Below the pieces are notes generated by a model. The model did no database searches, was not told where the DNA came from, and saw only the letters and a list, made by a program, of their open reading frames with translations. Shown here one piece after another: positions 26,132 through 40,555 of a stretch of 64,000 bases of DNA. Source of the stretch: the human T2T-CHM13v2.0 reference genome, Homo sapiens; the NCBI RefSeq assembly GCF_009914755.1, contig NC_060927.1. One strand, written 5' to 3'. The translations under genes were made by a program, and so were the position numbers. Numbering within the stretch: the stretch's first letter is position 1; the number at the start of each line of letters is the position of its first letter.

Positions 26132-26327
26132 TTAAGGATTCAATGATATAATATAGGCATAGTGTTTAACATAGTGCCAGTAACATGTTAACACAATACC
26201 GCTGGCTATTACTATCATCGTTATGATTGTTACACCTTCAAATGATGACATTGTGGGTCAAAATGTATAGTTGCGAGAGAGGGAGGTGTTGTTTTATGGT
26301 AATGAGAAAGAAGTAAATCCAATCCTA
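26132..26327 (+). repeat. Dispersed direct repeat B, inserted copy
   Basis: Copy of 22834-23024 lacking the upstream MIR body; 9-bp microduplication gttaaggat at the left junction. Confidence 0.92.
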
Positions 26328-26664
26328 ATTACGCGTCCCTAACATAGGTAGTCTGAGACTATCGCTGAGCTGGCCCCTACTTCTTGAGTGGATTCTGGCA
26401 GGGTCCTAAGGTACCCCATGCCACAGGGGAGCAGCACTGAACAAGAAATGCTGCTGCATCATGTCTGGGCCAAGAAGACCAAAGACTTGTCTCAGAAGTG
26501 ACTGCAGCCCCAGTGTAGCAGGAAGGTGTGCAGAAATTGTCTATGAATCTCTTCAGAAGGCTCAGAGATGGCAGTTTGTGAGCCAGGGAAAGTCTCGCAG
26601 TCAGGAAAAGGCAATGTCAAGGCAGAAAGTAATGTGGAACATATGACAGAACACTCGTGGGATT

Positions 26665-27640
26665 TCAATGAACAAAAAATATTGAGTGCTGACTACGTGC
26701 CAGATACATGACACTAGTCAGTCACAATTCTAATCACATGAGATAGAGTAATGGGAAGAAAAAGAGATTAAAAAAACTCTGCCTTCATGAAGCATTTTGC
26801 TGATGGAGAGTGGAGAGAGAGGAATGAAAAAGATACACAATCAAGGAATACTCAAGAAGCTGGTAAGTGGCATGGAAAAAACAGAGGTTGGGAGGAGACT
26901 GCTGGAGGAAGGTGGTCAATTTTAAATATGGTAATCAGGGAAGGTCTCACTGAGCAAAGACTGAAGAGAGTGAAAGAAAGAACCACGGGAATCCCTGGGA
27001 ACAACTGGTGCAAAGACCCTGAGGCGGGTGTGTGCTTCAAGTATAGGATAAAGCAAAGAAGCTGGTATAGCTGCAATGTGGTGAATTAGGAGTGAGTAGA
27101 GGCAGTTGAAGTCAGACAGTTCATATGCATCTAGACCATGCAGAGACATGCTGGTCATTGCAGGCTTTGAGTCTTGTTACAGTGAGATGGGAAGCCTTTA
27201 ACTATTTTGAACAGAAGAGTGATACAGTCTGACTTATTTTTTAGCAGGGTCATTTTAAATGCTCTGAGTAAAATAGCATGTAGGAGTCGAGGGAGAAGCA
27301 GAGACAGTAGCCAAGAGTCTATTGCAATCATCCAGGTGAGATACAATGGTGGCTTGGATCAGTGTGCCACAGTGTAGATTAATATACATGCTTGGACTCT
27401 GGATGATTTTGGAAGCTAGAATGGACATCACTTTATGAGAGAATAAATGTAGGTTATGACAAAAAAGAGAAAAATCAAAGATAACTTGACAATCTAGGCC
27501 TGAGCAACTAGAAGAATAGAGTTGCCATTTACAAAGTTTGGAAGACTAAGAAAGGTGAAGGTTTGGGGTTATGGGATATCAGGAATTGATCTGGGACATG
27601 TTGAGAATTGGATGTCTATTTTATTTTCAAGAGGAGGTGG
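26665..27640 (-). mobile_element. L2a LINE
   Basis: tattgagtgctgactacgtgccag...gagtctattgcaatcatccaggtgagatacaatggtggcttgga...ggcctgagcaactagaagaatagagttgccattt. Confidence 0.85.
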
Positions 27641-28164
27641 GATCTGATGTATAAGTGAAGGCATTGGAGAGGAAAGAAGGCAGTGGAGCACATGGGCATT
27701 GATTTTGGTAAGTAGAAAGGCGAACATCTTGGCAAATATCAGCTTGTATTGATGCAGCTAGGGCCCAGGTGTTTTCCCCACGATGTAACGTAAGCCTCTC
27801 AGAGCTTAAATGTGCTCTTGCAAAGAAGACAGAAGGGAAATCATAAATTGGCAGACTTAAATTTTAAAATGACTAGGGTTACCAGGAAATGCAAAAATAG
27901 TTATTTTTCTGCCTCCAGACAGAATGAGGCTTAAATAAATATTATATGCAAATGTATTACAATTTTCTTTTTATATCTGTGTCGTGTACTGAAAATATCA
28001 TATGTGGTATACTTTTTAATAGTATGAATAATGGAAAGACAGTAAAATGAGTGTATGAGTTTAATGAAAGAATATACTGAAAGATAAATTTGAAAGCAGA
28101 ATGGAAAATGTGAGATAAAAGAAAGAGATATGGAGCTCGTTTCAACTGAGAGGGGAGGTATATA

Positions 28165-28610
28165 ATGATCCTGCCCTTTTTTGCTGCATCAGAATGCATC
28201 TGGATAGCAGTTCTTGGATCCAGGGACCAGACTTTTGAGTGATATTGACAAAGAAATCCGCAGAGGGCCATGGCCCAAACCACTTTCTGCAAGGGAGTAA
28301 CCTGGAGCATACTCAATGGTATTATCTTTATCATCTGTATGTAACTGAAGAACTGGCATGGAGGAGAGGTTCTACTTCTGTTCTGTGGTCCTAAAGGATA
28401 GATTCAGATCAATGTTGCAGAAATTCTAGGAAAAATGATTTCACAAGGTAAAATAGCCAGTATGGCTCAAAGATAGGATGCGCTGCCCCTAGGAGTTAGT
28501 GAGCTCTGTGTCAAGGGAGTGTTCAAACAGAAATCCCATAGCCATTTGGCAGGGAACTATATAAAAAGGGTTCAGTGTCAGGCTCCTGCCCAAACCTGCG
28601 ATTCTATTAG
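28165..28610 (+). mobile_element. L3/CR1 LINE fragment
   Basis: gtgagctctgtgtcaagggagtgttcaaacag and upstream ORF2-like blocks. Confidence 0.55.
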
Positions 28611-29292
28611 GCAAAAATGGCAGAGTGAAAACACTGACTGAGACAAATGCCATATATAAAGGTTCAGCAGGAAATGGGGAAGACCAAAAATGAATACAAA
28701 ACTATGAAGTCATTTTCTGCATTTGGCAAAGAAGAATAATGACTGCCCACATAACTTAGTCTAGACTTTCACTGGCTGACTCGATAGAAAGATTTTCGGG
28801 TTTTTTCTAGATGCAGGGACTTGAATATTGCCTAAATAAATAATGGATAATTTGGCAGCTAGGGGTAGTTTCAGAAGAGAGTTCTTATTCTTACTTTTTT
28901 ATAAACATACTCAAGGAAAGAAAATAAATGTTCTTAAAGGAGGTTTAAAAGGATCAGAAGCTGGGATTGAAGAAGAGGCCACGAAGCTTCATTTTACTGT
29001 GGGGTGTCATTTTTCAAATGGCTCCTAATCACATTGCTGAGTCTGTCTGGAAGGACCAAAATATTAGTATTCTTACCAGCAAGGCAGTGCAGTGATTACT
29101 GTCTCATGCAAATGTGTTGGGATTTCAGCTGAGATCCACACAGCAAAATTACAGTCTCCATGCCCTTAAGTTGGCCTCAGACACTTTTGGACAAACGAAA
29201 AAACTATTGTCATGCCATGAAGGTCTATACAGGACTTAGAAACAGGATCTTACCTCAGTTGCATATCATCTTCTTTTGAGTTTGCAACTTAG

Positions 29293-30195
<903 letters not shown>

Positions 30196-30349
30196 AAGTG
30201 AGAAATAAAAATAACCTAGAAGCAATCGCTGCAAATGGGGGAAAAAAAAAACACTAGAATCCAGGGTCAGCTGTCATCCAAACCCCATTTGAATCCTGGT
30301 GATCATGCCCCCACCCCTCTCATTTTATTCCCCTTTGTTTCCGCTGACT

Positions 30350-30735
30350 TTATGGAGATATAATTGGAGTTTTGAAAAAAATGCATTTGCTCATGTAACC
30401 ACCTCCCCAGTCAAGATCTAGAACATTTTTATTCCTGTAAAACGTTTCCTCGTGCTCCTTTGTAGACAGTCTATACTCATTTCCAGCACAAGATTTCTGT
30501 CACCATGAATAGTTTTGTCTCTTCCAGAATTTCCTATGAATGGAATCATACAGTATATATAATTTTTTTGTCTGGATTCTTTCACTCGCATATTTTTTTG
30601 AGGTGTATCCATATTGTGTGTATCAGCATTTTTTTTCTGTTATATTGAGGAGTGACAGTCCATCACACAGTTATACCAAAATTTATTGATCCATAACCTG
30701 CTGATGAAGGTAGATTATTTCCATTTGTGTCTTAT
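30350..30735 (-). mobile_element. L1ME 3' fragment
   Basis: catgtaaccacctccccagtcaagatctagaacatt...aatggaatcatacagtat; ORF 30418..30612 contains YCMIPFI typical of the old L1 ORF2 end. Confidence 0.7.
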
Positions 30736-30830
30736 TCTTTTTTTTAATTATTTTAAGGGAATTTTTTAAAATCTAGTAGAATCTGTTGAGTTGAGTGTCA
30801 GGTCCCTCATACACAAAGTAGTAAGTGTAA

Positions 30831-31197
<367 letters not shown>

Positions 31198-32214
31198 TAT
31201 TCTCTCTTTACTTAGTTATTCTACCCTTTAGGATCTATCATACGAAATATCCCAACAAATATGTAAGGGCATTGGTACAAATGTATTTGCTCAACATATT
31301 TTTATAATTCTCTATATTTTTTCCTCTGAAAAGTTTCATTTGTTCTATACAGGGTTATCTTCTGTGTCCTTATCTTTTATTTTTTTCTGGTGATAAACTT
31401 TGTTGGCTGTCCTGTATGAAAATTTAGGAAAGAGTGCATGTTTTCAATATAATAAATTGAGTAATCCCCAGCTTATTATCCAAAAAAACTAGTTATCTAT
31501 ATAGGTATTTGAATTTACATTGTAATTATCTGAAAGTTTTGATTATTTCAGAGTTGCTAACTTTGGCCTTTCTTTTCCATTTATAATTCTGAATTTGAAC
31601 AGAATGTAAGAAATCACTTGAAAGCTCCTTTAAAATGTCATTGTTTCTTACAATTCTCTTTGGCATCCTGGGACACCTCATTGTCACGTGGGGCTTTAGC
31701 CAAATGCCTTCTCAGAAAGGGTTTTGGAGACATCTAATGAGGTCTCTATTAATGACGATTAAGTGGTCATTGAAGTTATTTTTGTTTCATATTTGATGGA
31801 ATTTAGTCATAGATCAAGCAAATGTCCTCTACAGAGAAAGGCTAAGCAATAGCAGAGCACTGGGTCCAAGGATGCTCTGTCCATGTATTGGTGTTTACAC
31901 TCTCCAGCTGTCCACTGGAGCTCACATGGCCAGAACTACAATGTTGGCTGAATCTATAAAATACAAAAGCTTTAAGGCAGATGCCCAGCTCAATGAGATG
32001 AATCAAAGTCAAACCCTACTATTAGGAAAGTCTAGATCTGAAATTGGGTATTCTACTTATTCATTCATTCATACATTCATGTATTTATAAATTCTACTTT
32101 TATGCGAAAGCACTTCTAGATTCTGGGCCATGAGAGTAAAATAGGAATGGATCATTCTTTGACCTTTAGGAATCACCTGTCTAATAAGAGAAATGAAACA
32201 GGCGAGTAACCACG

Positions 32215-32435
32215 ACAGTAATATTGAATCCTTATTATGTATTGGGAATCATGCCAAGTATTTCATATTATTTTTATGATTTAATCCTCACAGCAGGTAA
32301 TATGATTCTGTTTTACAGAAGAGAAACCTGAGGTCTAGAGAAGTCAGTCAACTTACTCAAAGTAACACAACCAGTAAGAGGCAGAGCTAGGACTTAAACC
32401 CAGACAAATGGACCCAAGGACCCATGTTTTTAACC
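32215..32435 (-). mobile_element. MIR SINE
   Basis: tttaatcctcacagc...ttttacagaagagaaacctgagg...ggcagagctaggacttaaacccag. Confidence 0.75.
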
Positions 32436-33236
32436 TCCCCACTCTGCAGCTCCTGAAAAGAATGTTGGAATTTCATAGGTGTGCTGGGCAGTTTGAAAGT
32501 AGAAGTCTTTCTAGAGGCTTTGGTAAGGGTGTGGCCAGCAATCCAGGATAGTCTCAAATAATTACTCATTGTTTTCCGCATGTATCACAAGTTCTTTCAC
32601 ACTTTTCTGCTTTTGCTGCGTCAACTCTAGCTGAAATGTGTTCACATCTGTAGTCTCCTTATCAAATTCTACTTGCCCATTAAAGTGGAGGTCAAATGGT
32701 GTTTATTTCATGAAATTCTTCTTGAAACCTACCGTCAGAATTGTTTTTTTTTTTTTCTCTGCATTCTATCACTATCACCAGTTACTTGTAGCCACAGTTT
32801 ATTTTGCCAGATATTAGAGTTGACTTTTTACATATTTATTCTTTCTGTGCCTTTCTGAGTGCAAACCGAGTATTGTTCATCTCTTATGAATACAGGGCGT
32901 GGTAGTTGCCTGCTGAGTAAGTGAATAACCTCATTTGTCAGTTTGTGCAGAAGTAGGTGTACTATGACCTGCTAGAGTGCTCACTAGGGGTTAAATATTT
33001 CCAAGACAGAGTCTGGAATGAAGTAGTTACATTTTTCTTGAAGAATCATTATCTGTCTTCAGGTAAAGTGCTTCCTCATCCTGACATGTCCTGAAAAAAG
33101 AAATTTTTTATTGGATCCAGCTTTCTTCCTTCTCCCTTCTTTATAGGAAAGAAGAGCCAGCTTAAGGCCGGTTGTACAAAAGCAGCTGAGGTGGCAAGAA
33201 CTGATCATAAATGTTACAGACCAATGTTTACCTATT

Positions 33237-33505
33237 TCTTTTTTTCGAGACAGGATCTCACTCTGTGACCCATGCTGGAGGGCAGTGGCAGAATCATAGC
33301 TCACTGCAGCCTCAACCTCCTGGACTCAAGTGACCCTTCCACCTCAGCCTCCTGAGTAGCTGGGACTATGGGTGTGTGGTACCACACCTGGCTAATTTTT
33401 TATTTTTTGTAGAGATGAGGTCTTCCTGTGTTGTCCAGGCTGGTCTTAAGCAATCCTCCCACTTCTGCCTTCCAAAGTGCTGGGATTATAGGCATGAGCC
33501 CCGCC
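33237..33505 (-). mobile_element. AluJ
   Basis: J-type body (atcatagctcactgcagcctcaacctcc); TSD tgttt(a/c)cctatt. Confidence 0.92.
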
Positions 33506-34289
33506 TGTTTCCCTATTATAACCTCCCAAAAGCCCAGAAACATCCCCATAGTCTGGTATATAAATATTTCTTTCTCAGCAACAATTTTATTCCACCACAT
33601 TAAGGAATACAACCATTGAGATTTTTCCCAGCGTTCTCTGCCAAGGAGATTGAGAGGATCCCCAGAGCTCACAGAACTGCCTCAGTTTATGGGCCCAAAT
33701 ATAGGCTATTGTCATTTCTCTGACTGTTTGCACAGAGTCTTGGAGAGATAAATTGATTGTGCAAGATCATAGGAATATTTATTAGGACTTTGTTGAATTA
33801 ACTCCCTCAAATCACATGGAGCTAAATTAAAGTTACTAGGCATTGCCTATTATTTTAGAATTTAAATCATAGTCAGTTCCTTCTTTCATACAAGAGCTCA
33901 GAGAGAAAATTTTGAAACTAAAAACACAGATGAATAAGAATGGGTAATTTTTATGAAGCAAGGGGTTAAGACAATAAAAGAAGGCCTTCGTTTCTGGCTT
34001 CCCTGTCACCTAAAGTCCTGTTGCATCAGGCGGTCTCCCATCTCAGCTACAGTATTAAGTTAACTACAAGCTACCCAGAAAGCTACATCTATTTCAAGGT
34101 TGTAGCCCTGGCTGTGCCTTTTATTTTTTTAAATCTGAAGTGTTGGGAGGAGAGGGGGTTCAGCAGGGTGGGGAGATAGAAGTTAGAGGGGAAGGGGGGT
34201 TATTTCAGGCCTTGCTTCTCTAAGCCTTCAATGTCTGAGCTCCAGGACAGACCTTCCTGTTGTGAAATACTGGACCAGTTGTTGCCCTC

Positions 34290-34890
34290 TGAAGATAAAC
34301 AACATTCCAGCAGCTCCCCTAGAGCTACCCCGAGGCCTTGTGCTTTTTAACATTTCCCTGGCCCTACAGTGATCCAGGAGCTGAGGATTACTGCACTACC
34401 TGCTGCAGCACACACAGCATTAGCTTTGCGGTCTCTGTGCTCTTAAGCTGGGTTATGGTAATGAATCCAGGGTGAAATCTGGGTGCCTCTGCCTGCTTGT
34501 TAAACTGATGAAACACTAACATCTTTTGTGTAGTTTTGGAAGCCCAAGCTGTGCTGATTGGAGGTGGTAAGGACAGGGCTCTCTGCCCTAATGTGTAAGG
34601 TTTCTGTCTTCATTAAAGTTTGAGGCTGAATCAAGACTCACTGGGGTCACGTAAGGGCAATTTTGCAAACCCAAGGCAAGCTGTTAACAAAATCAACCTG
34701 GGCCAATCATCAAAGGGTTGGACCTAAGGTTGCTATACTCAATAGAACAAGCATTTTAAATAAATTTCTCGTAAGTTGTTGCTTTCTTTATGTGGTGGGT
34801 GTGGCTTTAAAGAGCACAAAACCACAACAAATCAAAGAGTAGCTCGGGCTTGTCTTTTGCTTTATGGCTGAGGGTTTGAAGGATGATTCA
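34290..34890. promoter_or_regulatory. Candidate enhancer (TCF/LEF, RUNX, KLF, CDX/HOX, GATA/FOX/TEAD)
   Basis: AGATAAACA 34293-34301, ACATTCCA 34302-34309, CCAATCA and CATCAAAGG 34703-34716, TGTGGT 34791-34796, GGGTGTGGC 34797-34805, ACCACA 34821-34826, ATCAAAG 34831-34837, TTTATGG 34861-34867. Confidence 0.45.
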
Positions 34891-34974
34891 TGGACTTGTG
34901 AATGCCAGCCCCAGTCCCGGCTTAGGTCTATCTGCCAATACCACCAGGGCCAACAAATTCACGCAACAAATTCT

Positions 34975-35165
34975 CTCATTTTTTACAGTTTATCAGTTGC
35001 ACTCATAGTTATTGTCATAATCACTCCCCACAGTAACCTGTAAGGCATATAAAGTAGCTATTTTAGTAAGATAAATGATATTTTATATATGTTATGATAA
35101 GATAAATCTTATCATTTTAAGAAGAAACTGAGGCTCGGAGAGATGAAATGACTTCCTCAGTTGCT
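34975..35165 (-). mobile_element. MIR SINE with AT-rich insert
   Basis: cattttaagaagaaactgaggctcggagagatgaaatgactt. Confidence 0.55.
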
Positions 35166-35316
35166 AACGCTGTATAAGTAAACAATTTTAATTTTTTTTG
35201 GCATTGGGTATTATTTCACCTTTTGTATGTGTATATGTCTGATTGCTAATTTAGTGGGTTAAGATGAGTGTCAGGCTGACATCTAAGATGGCCCCTAGTA
35301 GTTCCTGCTTCCTTTA

Positions 35317-35362
35317 CTCTCTCTCTCTTTCTCTCTCCATATATATATATATATATATATAT
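35317..35362. repeat. (CT)n-(AT)n compound microsatellite
   Basis: Seen directly. Confidence 0.9.
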
Positions 35363-36445
35363 CTGTGTTATGTTTACTATCAGGTGCTGGAAGCTGCAGC
35401 ATGGGATAGCAGGAACAAAAATTCAGATTAAAATATTGAATATAATATTTTCAGTGAAAAACAAAAATTCACAGCATAATGAAAGATGAATAAAAAGAAA
35501 AATGGACTTTTTAAATCATTAATAAATTAATACACAATTATAACTGAATCTTCTTAATAAGATTATTGCTTGGCATGCTTAATTGTTGAAACAATGACAC
35601 AAGAGTAACAAATTACAAGAAACTGAGAAAATAAATAATAATAACAAAAAGATTTTTGTATTCATTGAAGTTAAATGGTCATCGATTTCTTGGTCATCAA
35701 AACAATTAAAGAGAGCAACATCTCCAGTACGATGGCAGGTTCACATTATAAGAAGCAGGAAAATATCAAAAAAGGAAATAATTATAACCATAATAAAAAT
35801 GCCTGATGTAAAATGCTATATAGTTTTCAAAGCTATTCAATATAAATGATGCCTTTTCATCTTCACAAAAATTCTGTGATGTAGTAAAGGAAGCAGGGTT
35901 GAGAGTATTGTATCCATTGTGTTGGCATGGAAACCAAGGACCAGATGTGTTAAAAGTTAAAAGCCCAAGGTTATATAAATAGAAAAGAGAGTTGATAATC
36001 AGCTCCTGCATTTTTAGCTTTTGATTAGTTCTTGTGCATTTATATCTTGGCATTTTATGATAGCATGCATGTCCAAGGGGGTGTGTGTGTGCGTGTGTAT
36101 GAACACATGACATATGGAGTTTTGATGGCCAATAAATATGGACATATGAAAAAAAGTAAAAGAATGGATCTTTGACATTTTAAGGCACCAGTGGAATAAC
36201 TGCAAAATAATTTTGCTTTCTATTGAAAATCAATGCAAACTTTTCAGTTCAACTAGCATTTGAATAATTCAAGAACTGTGTTACTATAAATACTTCCTTT
36301 CTCTTTTGGCTATTTAAAAATGTTTTGTTTGTTTTATTATTAAGAATATGAAGTCCCAGCATTTGTAAAACTTGCTTATAAAAAGAGGACTTTTGTCATT
36401 ATAGAAAAAATCAATGTCCATTAAGTGTTAAATTTAACATAGTTA

Positions 36446-36808
<363 letters not shown>

Positions 36809-37404
36809 TTATGAGACCATGAGTTCTACTTTGACAGAACAACATGATGAGAACTCATTTCACGTAGACAACTAGAAGGATGGTGTGGCACTTGGTGGTG
36901 GGGAATGAGTAGGGAAGGCAGCGATGGCCCCTGTAACTGAGGAGGCTGTAATAAAGGGGAAGTGGAGAGCCCTGACTCCTTTAAAGCTGACTGCCCAGGG
37001 CCAGTGGAATGAGCAGAAGTCAGTGCTTAGTGATTCCCTGGTCCATTTACAAACAGGAAAAAAAGGAGCCAGAGAAGAAAAAATAATTGCAGACACCAGG
37101 ATGAACTGCTGTCTTCTGTGTTTTGTTCTCCCCTCCTCCCTCATTTGGAAGAATGACTAGGGCCCCACTACCTGTTCCAATCCACCTAGGACTCAGGGGT
37201 AAGAGGAGACCACATGAGTATTAGACTACTGCTATGACCTGAGGAACTGTCTCCGCCCCTTTTCATCTTTCCCAGAGCATGCTGAAAATTCTCCCGTAGC
37301 CTTCTGTCCTGTGACATGGACTGAGGCTTGATGACACATCTCTGTGATCCCCGACCTGGTAGCTGTGGTCTGTCATTGTGCTGTAACCCAAAATGCAACG
37401 TACT

Positions 37405-38420
37405 AGAACTCAGAGTTCTGTTTCTGCGCTTTCCACCTGTAAGATCCAGACCAGCTCCCTAGTCTCACATGGCCTCAGTTTTTTCATCCCTTAAGTGGGG
37501 TGTAACAATTCTTACCATGACACCTTCTCACATTTTTATGAGGATTAAATAAGATAGAGGGCACTCAGATTTACAAACTCTGAAGGACAGTGGAGGTATT
37601 AATTATCACCTTCTATTACCAGAGGAGTAAAGAATGGAGATTAGAAACTCAAGATCCACAATTAAACTAAGCTTACTCTAATTAGGCTACATTTTCCACT
37701 TGTACGCTGTTTGAATTCAGGTGTGTTGTGTAACCTTGCTATGTCTCAGTTTCTTTATTCTTCAATGGCAATAATAATAGTTCCTACCTCCTCACAGTGG
37801 ATTATTTTGGGGGGTTAAATTAAGCAATGTCACAGTGGCTGAGATGCAGTAAGCAACCGACACATTTTTCTAATACTATTACTCTGTATCTACAAACTGA
37901 CTGCTGTGATTCTGAAAGTCTGAAAGAGCACGGCCTTTCTGGAAGTTCAAGCAGGAATTCCCTACAGTGGAATAATTGCTTTGGTAATTTTCTGAGCTAC
38001 ATCTTAATTATCTTGGGGAATTTCATTATTCCCAAGGTTTAAAATGCAGTTATTTTTATAGTGGGCAGTAGAAATAAAAAAATCCAAAGAACTTTTTTCC
38101 TTTCAAATGTTTTCCTATTTGTGTATTGTCTTTAAACTTTTCAGGGACTATAATGAGGCTTTAAGAGAATAAATACCTATCAGGAAAAGGAGAAAAGCAG
38201 ATTGGAAAGATCACTAGACTGAGTGTCTGGTCCTACATTTGCTCCTAACTCATTGTGTAATCTCCCACCTTAGGTCTCTTCCTTGAGAATTCTGGTTTTC
38301 CATTGATGAAATGAGAAGATCATGACCAGATTTCCTCAGTGTAAAAAACTGAAATAAAATGATAGTCATAGTAAAGCATCTAACACAGATTCTGGTACAG
38401 AGTCATTACTAAATACATAA
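37405..38420 (+). mobile_element. Three separate MIR fragments (~37405-37570, ~37705-37880, ~38195-38420)
   Basis: MIR core motifs ggcctcagttttttcatc, gtctcagtttctttattc and tttcctcagtgtaaaa. Confidence 0.55.
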
Positions 38421-39527
38421 TTATTCTCTTTCTCCTATATGACGTTCTGTAATTTAAGAGTTGCGTCCCTTGGCAAAGTAAGATTTGATTTAGATGTGTT
38501 GAGATGTTTAACATAAGGGCAGAATCTAGTGGGAAAAGTCCCAGGAAATCAAAAGATGGTTTACTGAACTTAGATACTCCGTTCTAGTCTACCTCTAAAA
38601 CAACTTCCTTAATAATAATGTTGTGACTTTTTTTGCAGTTGGAGCCATAACACTATTGGGTACAAAGCAGTAAGGACTGAATAGTTTTTCCCCAAGGTGG
38701 TGATTGGTATGTTGGTGCCATGTCATACAGAATGAGCCACCAGAGTCCTTTGGAAACCAGCGTGCATGTTTGTAAAAGGAGACTACTGAATCAAGCTCTG
38801 CAGACCACACAGAGAACTGAATTTAGCACTCTCGTGCAATTCATTGCTCAAATTGGCTCTACTAACAAGCCAGCTCCCCTACAAAGATATTATCTGTTAG
38901 AGCTAAGAAAAAAAAAAAGGACCTTAAGTATCCTCTCTAATCAAGCTCTTCATTTTATGAAGATATGAGAGAGTAAAAGTAACTATCCAGGAGTCAGGGA
39001 TCAGTAGAAGAGGTGTGATTGGAAGCTGGGTCTCTGGATGCCTAGCTCCTGTATGACCAATGACTAAAAATAATGTCAAGGGATAGAGAATAAGTGTTTC
39101 TTCACGTTAAACTGAATTTCCTTCAAACCAAATTTTCCAAATCTCTAGACACTGATGTGCTCAAGTTCCATAACTTAATGGTTTGGAAAATGTTTTGCAT
39201 TCCTTAAATAAAAGGCACTGCAGAAGGCTATTTTAACTGGCCCTTACGTGAGGTCAGTCTTTGGTCAGCGTTATGTGTTGGGCTCATGGGCTTTTGTACT
39301 GTAGGCTCAGCTGCTCTGTTGCCCCAGCTGTTGGAGACACTGCACAGTCTCTCTTGCCTCTGTTGCCCCTGTTTGGAGACTGGTGCTTGGTAATATCAGG
39401 GCATGGATACCGCAGAACCCTCGCAGACCAAGGTATAAAGTCGAATGGAGGCCTGTTGGACTGAGGGTTACAGGTTCATGGAGAATCCTGAGGAACCTAA
39501 GCAGTATCGTGCACAGAAAGCTGAGGG

Positions 39528-40028
39528 CGTCCATCTTAAACATGCATCAGAGGCTCCTGAAAGGTTTGTTAAAGCAGAATTCAGGCTGGGTGTGGTGGCT
39601 CACACCTGTAATCCCAGTACTTTGGGAGGCCGAGGCGGGTGGATCACCTCAGGTCAGGAGTTCAAGACCAGCCTGGCCAACATGGTGAAACCCTGTCTCT
39701 ACTAAAAATACAAAAAGTAGCTGGGCATGGTGGCTGGCACCTGTAGTCCCAGCTGCTCAGGAGGCTGAGGCAAGAGAATCTCTTGAAGCCGGGAGGTGGA
39801 GGTTGCAGTGAGCCGAGATTGCACCATTGCAATCTAGGCCTGGGGAACAAGAGCTAGACTCTGACTCAAAACAAACAAACAAACAAAAAAAAAACCAGAA
39901 TTCAGGTCCCACCCTCAGGGTTTCTGGTTCAGTACATCTGAATGAAGCATGAAAATTTGCATTTCTGTCAAAATTTCCTTGGTGATGCTGATGCTACTGG
40001 TCAGGAGATTGCACTTTAAGAGCCACTG
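39528..40028. mobile_element. MER5A (hAT-Charlie) split by an Alu
   Basis: catgcatcagaggctcctga...|...aatttgcatttct...ggtgatgctgatgctactggtc...cactttaagagccactg. Confidence 0.85.
39584..39893 (+). mobile_element. AluSq-like
   Basis: Full dimer, aacaagagc diagnostic, (CAAA)n tail, TSD aaa(g/c)cagaattcagg. Confidence 0.95.
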
Positions 40029-40396
40029 GAATACAGCATGATGTGTTGATGCACACAGCTGATAGCTGGCAACACACAGCTGATATCCAGTAATTTGAAT
40101 GGAATATAAAGAATTCTGGAAGCTCTCTCTGTAATGGGCTTTCTGGGCAAGGAATTCAGCTTTTTCCTTTGGGTCAACTTGGGTCTTGAATGATCTGGCC
40201 AGCATTTAGGAAGGCATTTGACATTCTGGTTTTAATGTAAACACTTCCCACCTGTCCCAAGTATGTGTATCCCTTTGCAAGAGCTTCAACATTTCTGACA
40301 TTGGTGGAACCCTGATCTTTTCTCCCCTCCCCTTCTCACTCTTTCCCTCTCTCCTGGCTGGCATCTGTTCTTTTCACAGCTGTGACTGTTTCATTC

Positions 40397-40502
40397 TGTC
40401 TGCCTCTCTCTCTTCTCGTCCCCAACCTTTCACCCCCCAGCCCCCCCCACCCTGCCATTAGGATCAAAATACTCTGTTTTTATTTATTTACTCCACAGCT
40501 GT
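40397..40502 (+). repeat. Dispersed direct repeat C, donor copy
   Basis: Matches 41767-41871; last 49 bp identical. Confidence 0.95.
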
Positions 40503-40555
40503 CAGTGTTGTGTCTGGGTTACTGCAGTGCAGCTTGCAGGGAAATGCGATCCATG
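40499..40555 (+). other. Possible 57-nt exon (non-coding or cryptic)
   Basis: Acceptor tctgtttttatttatttactccacag| and donor atg|gtgagt; no transcript evidence available. Confidence 0.25.
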
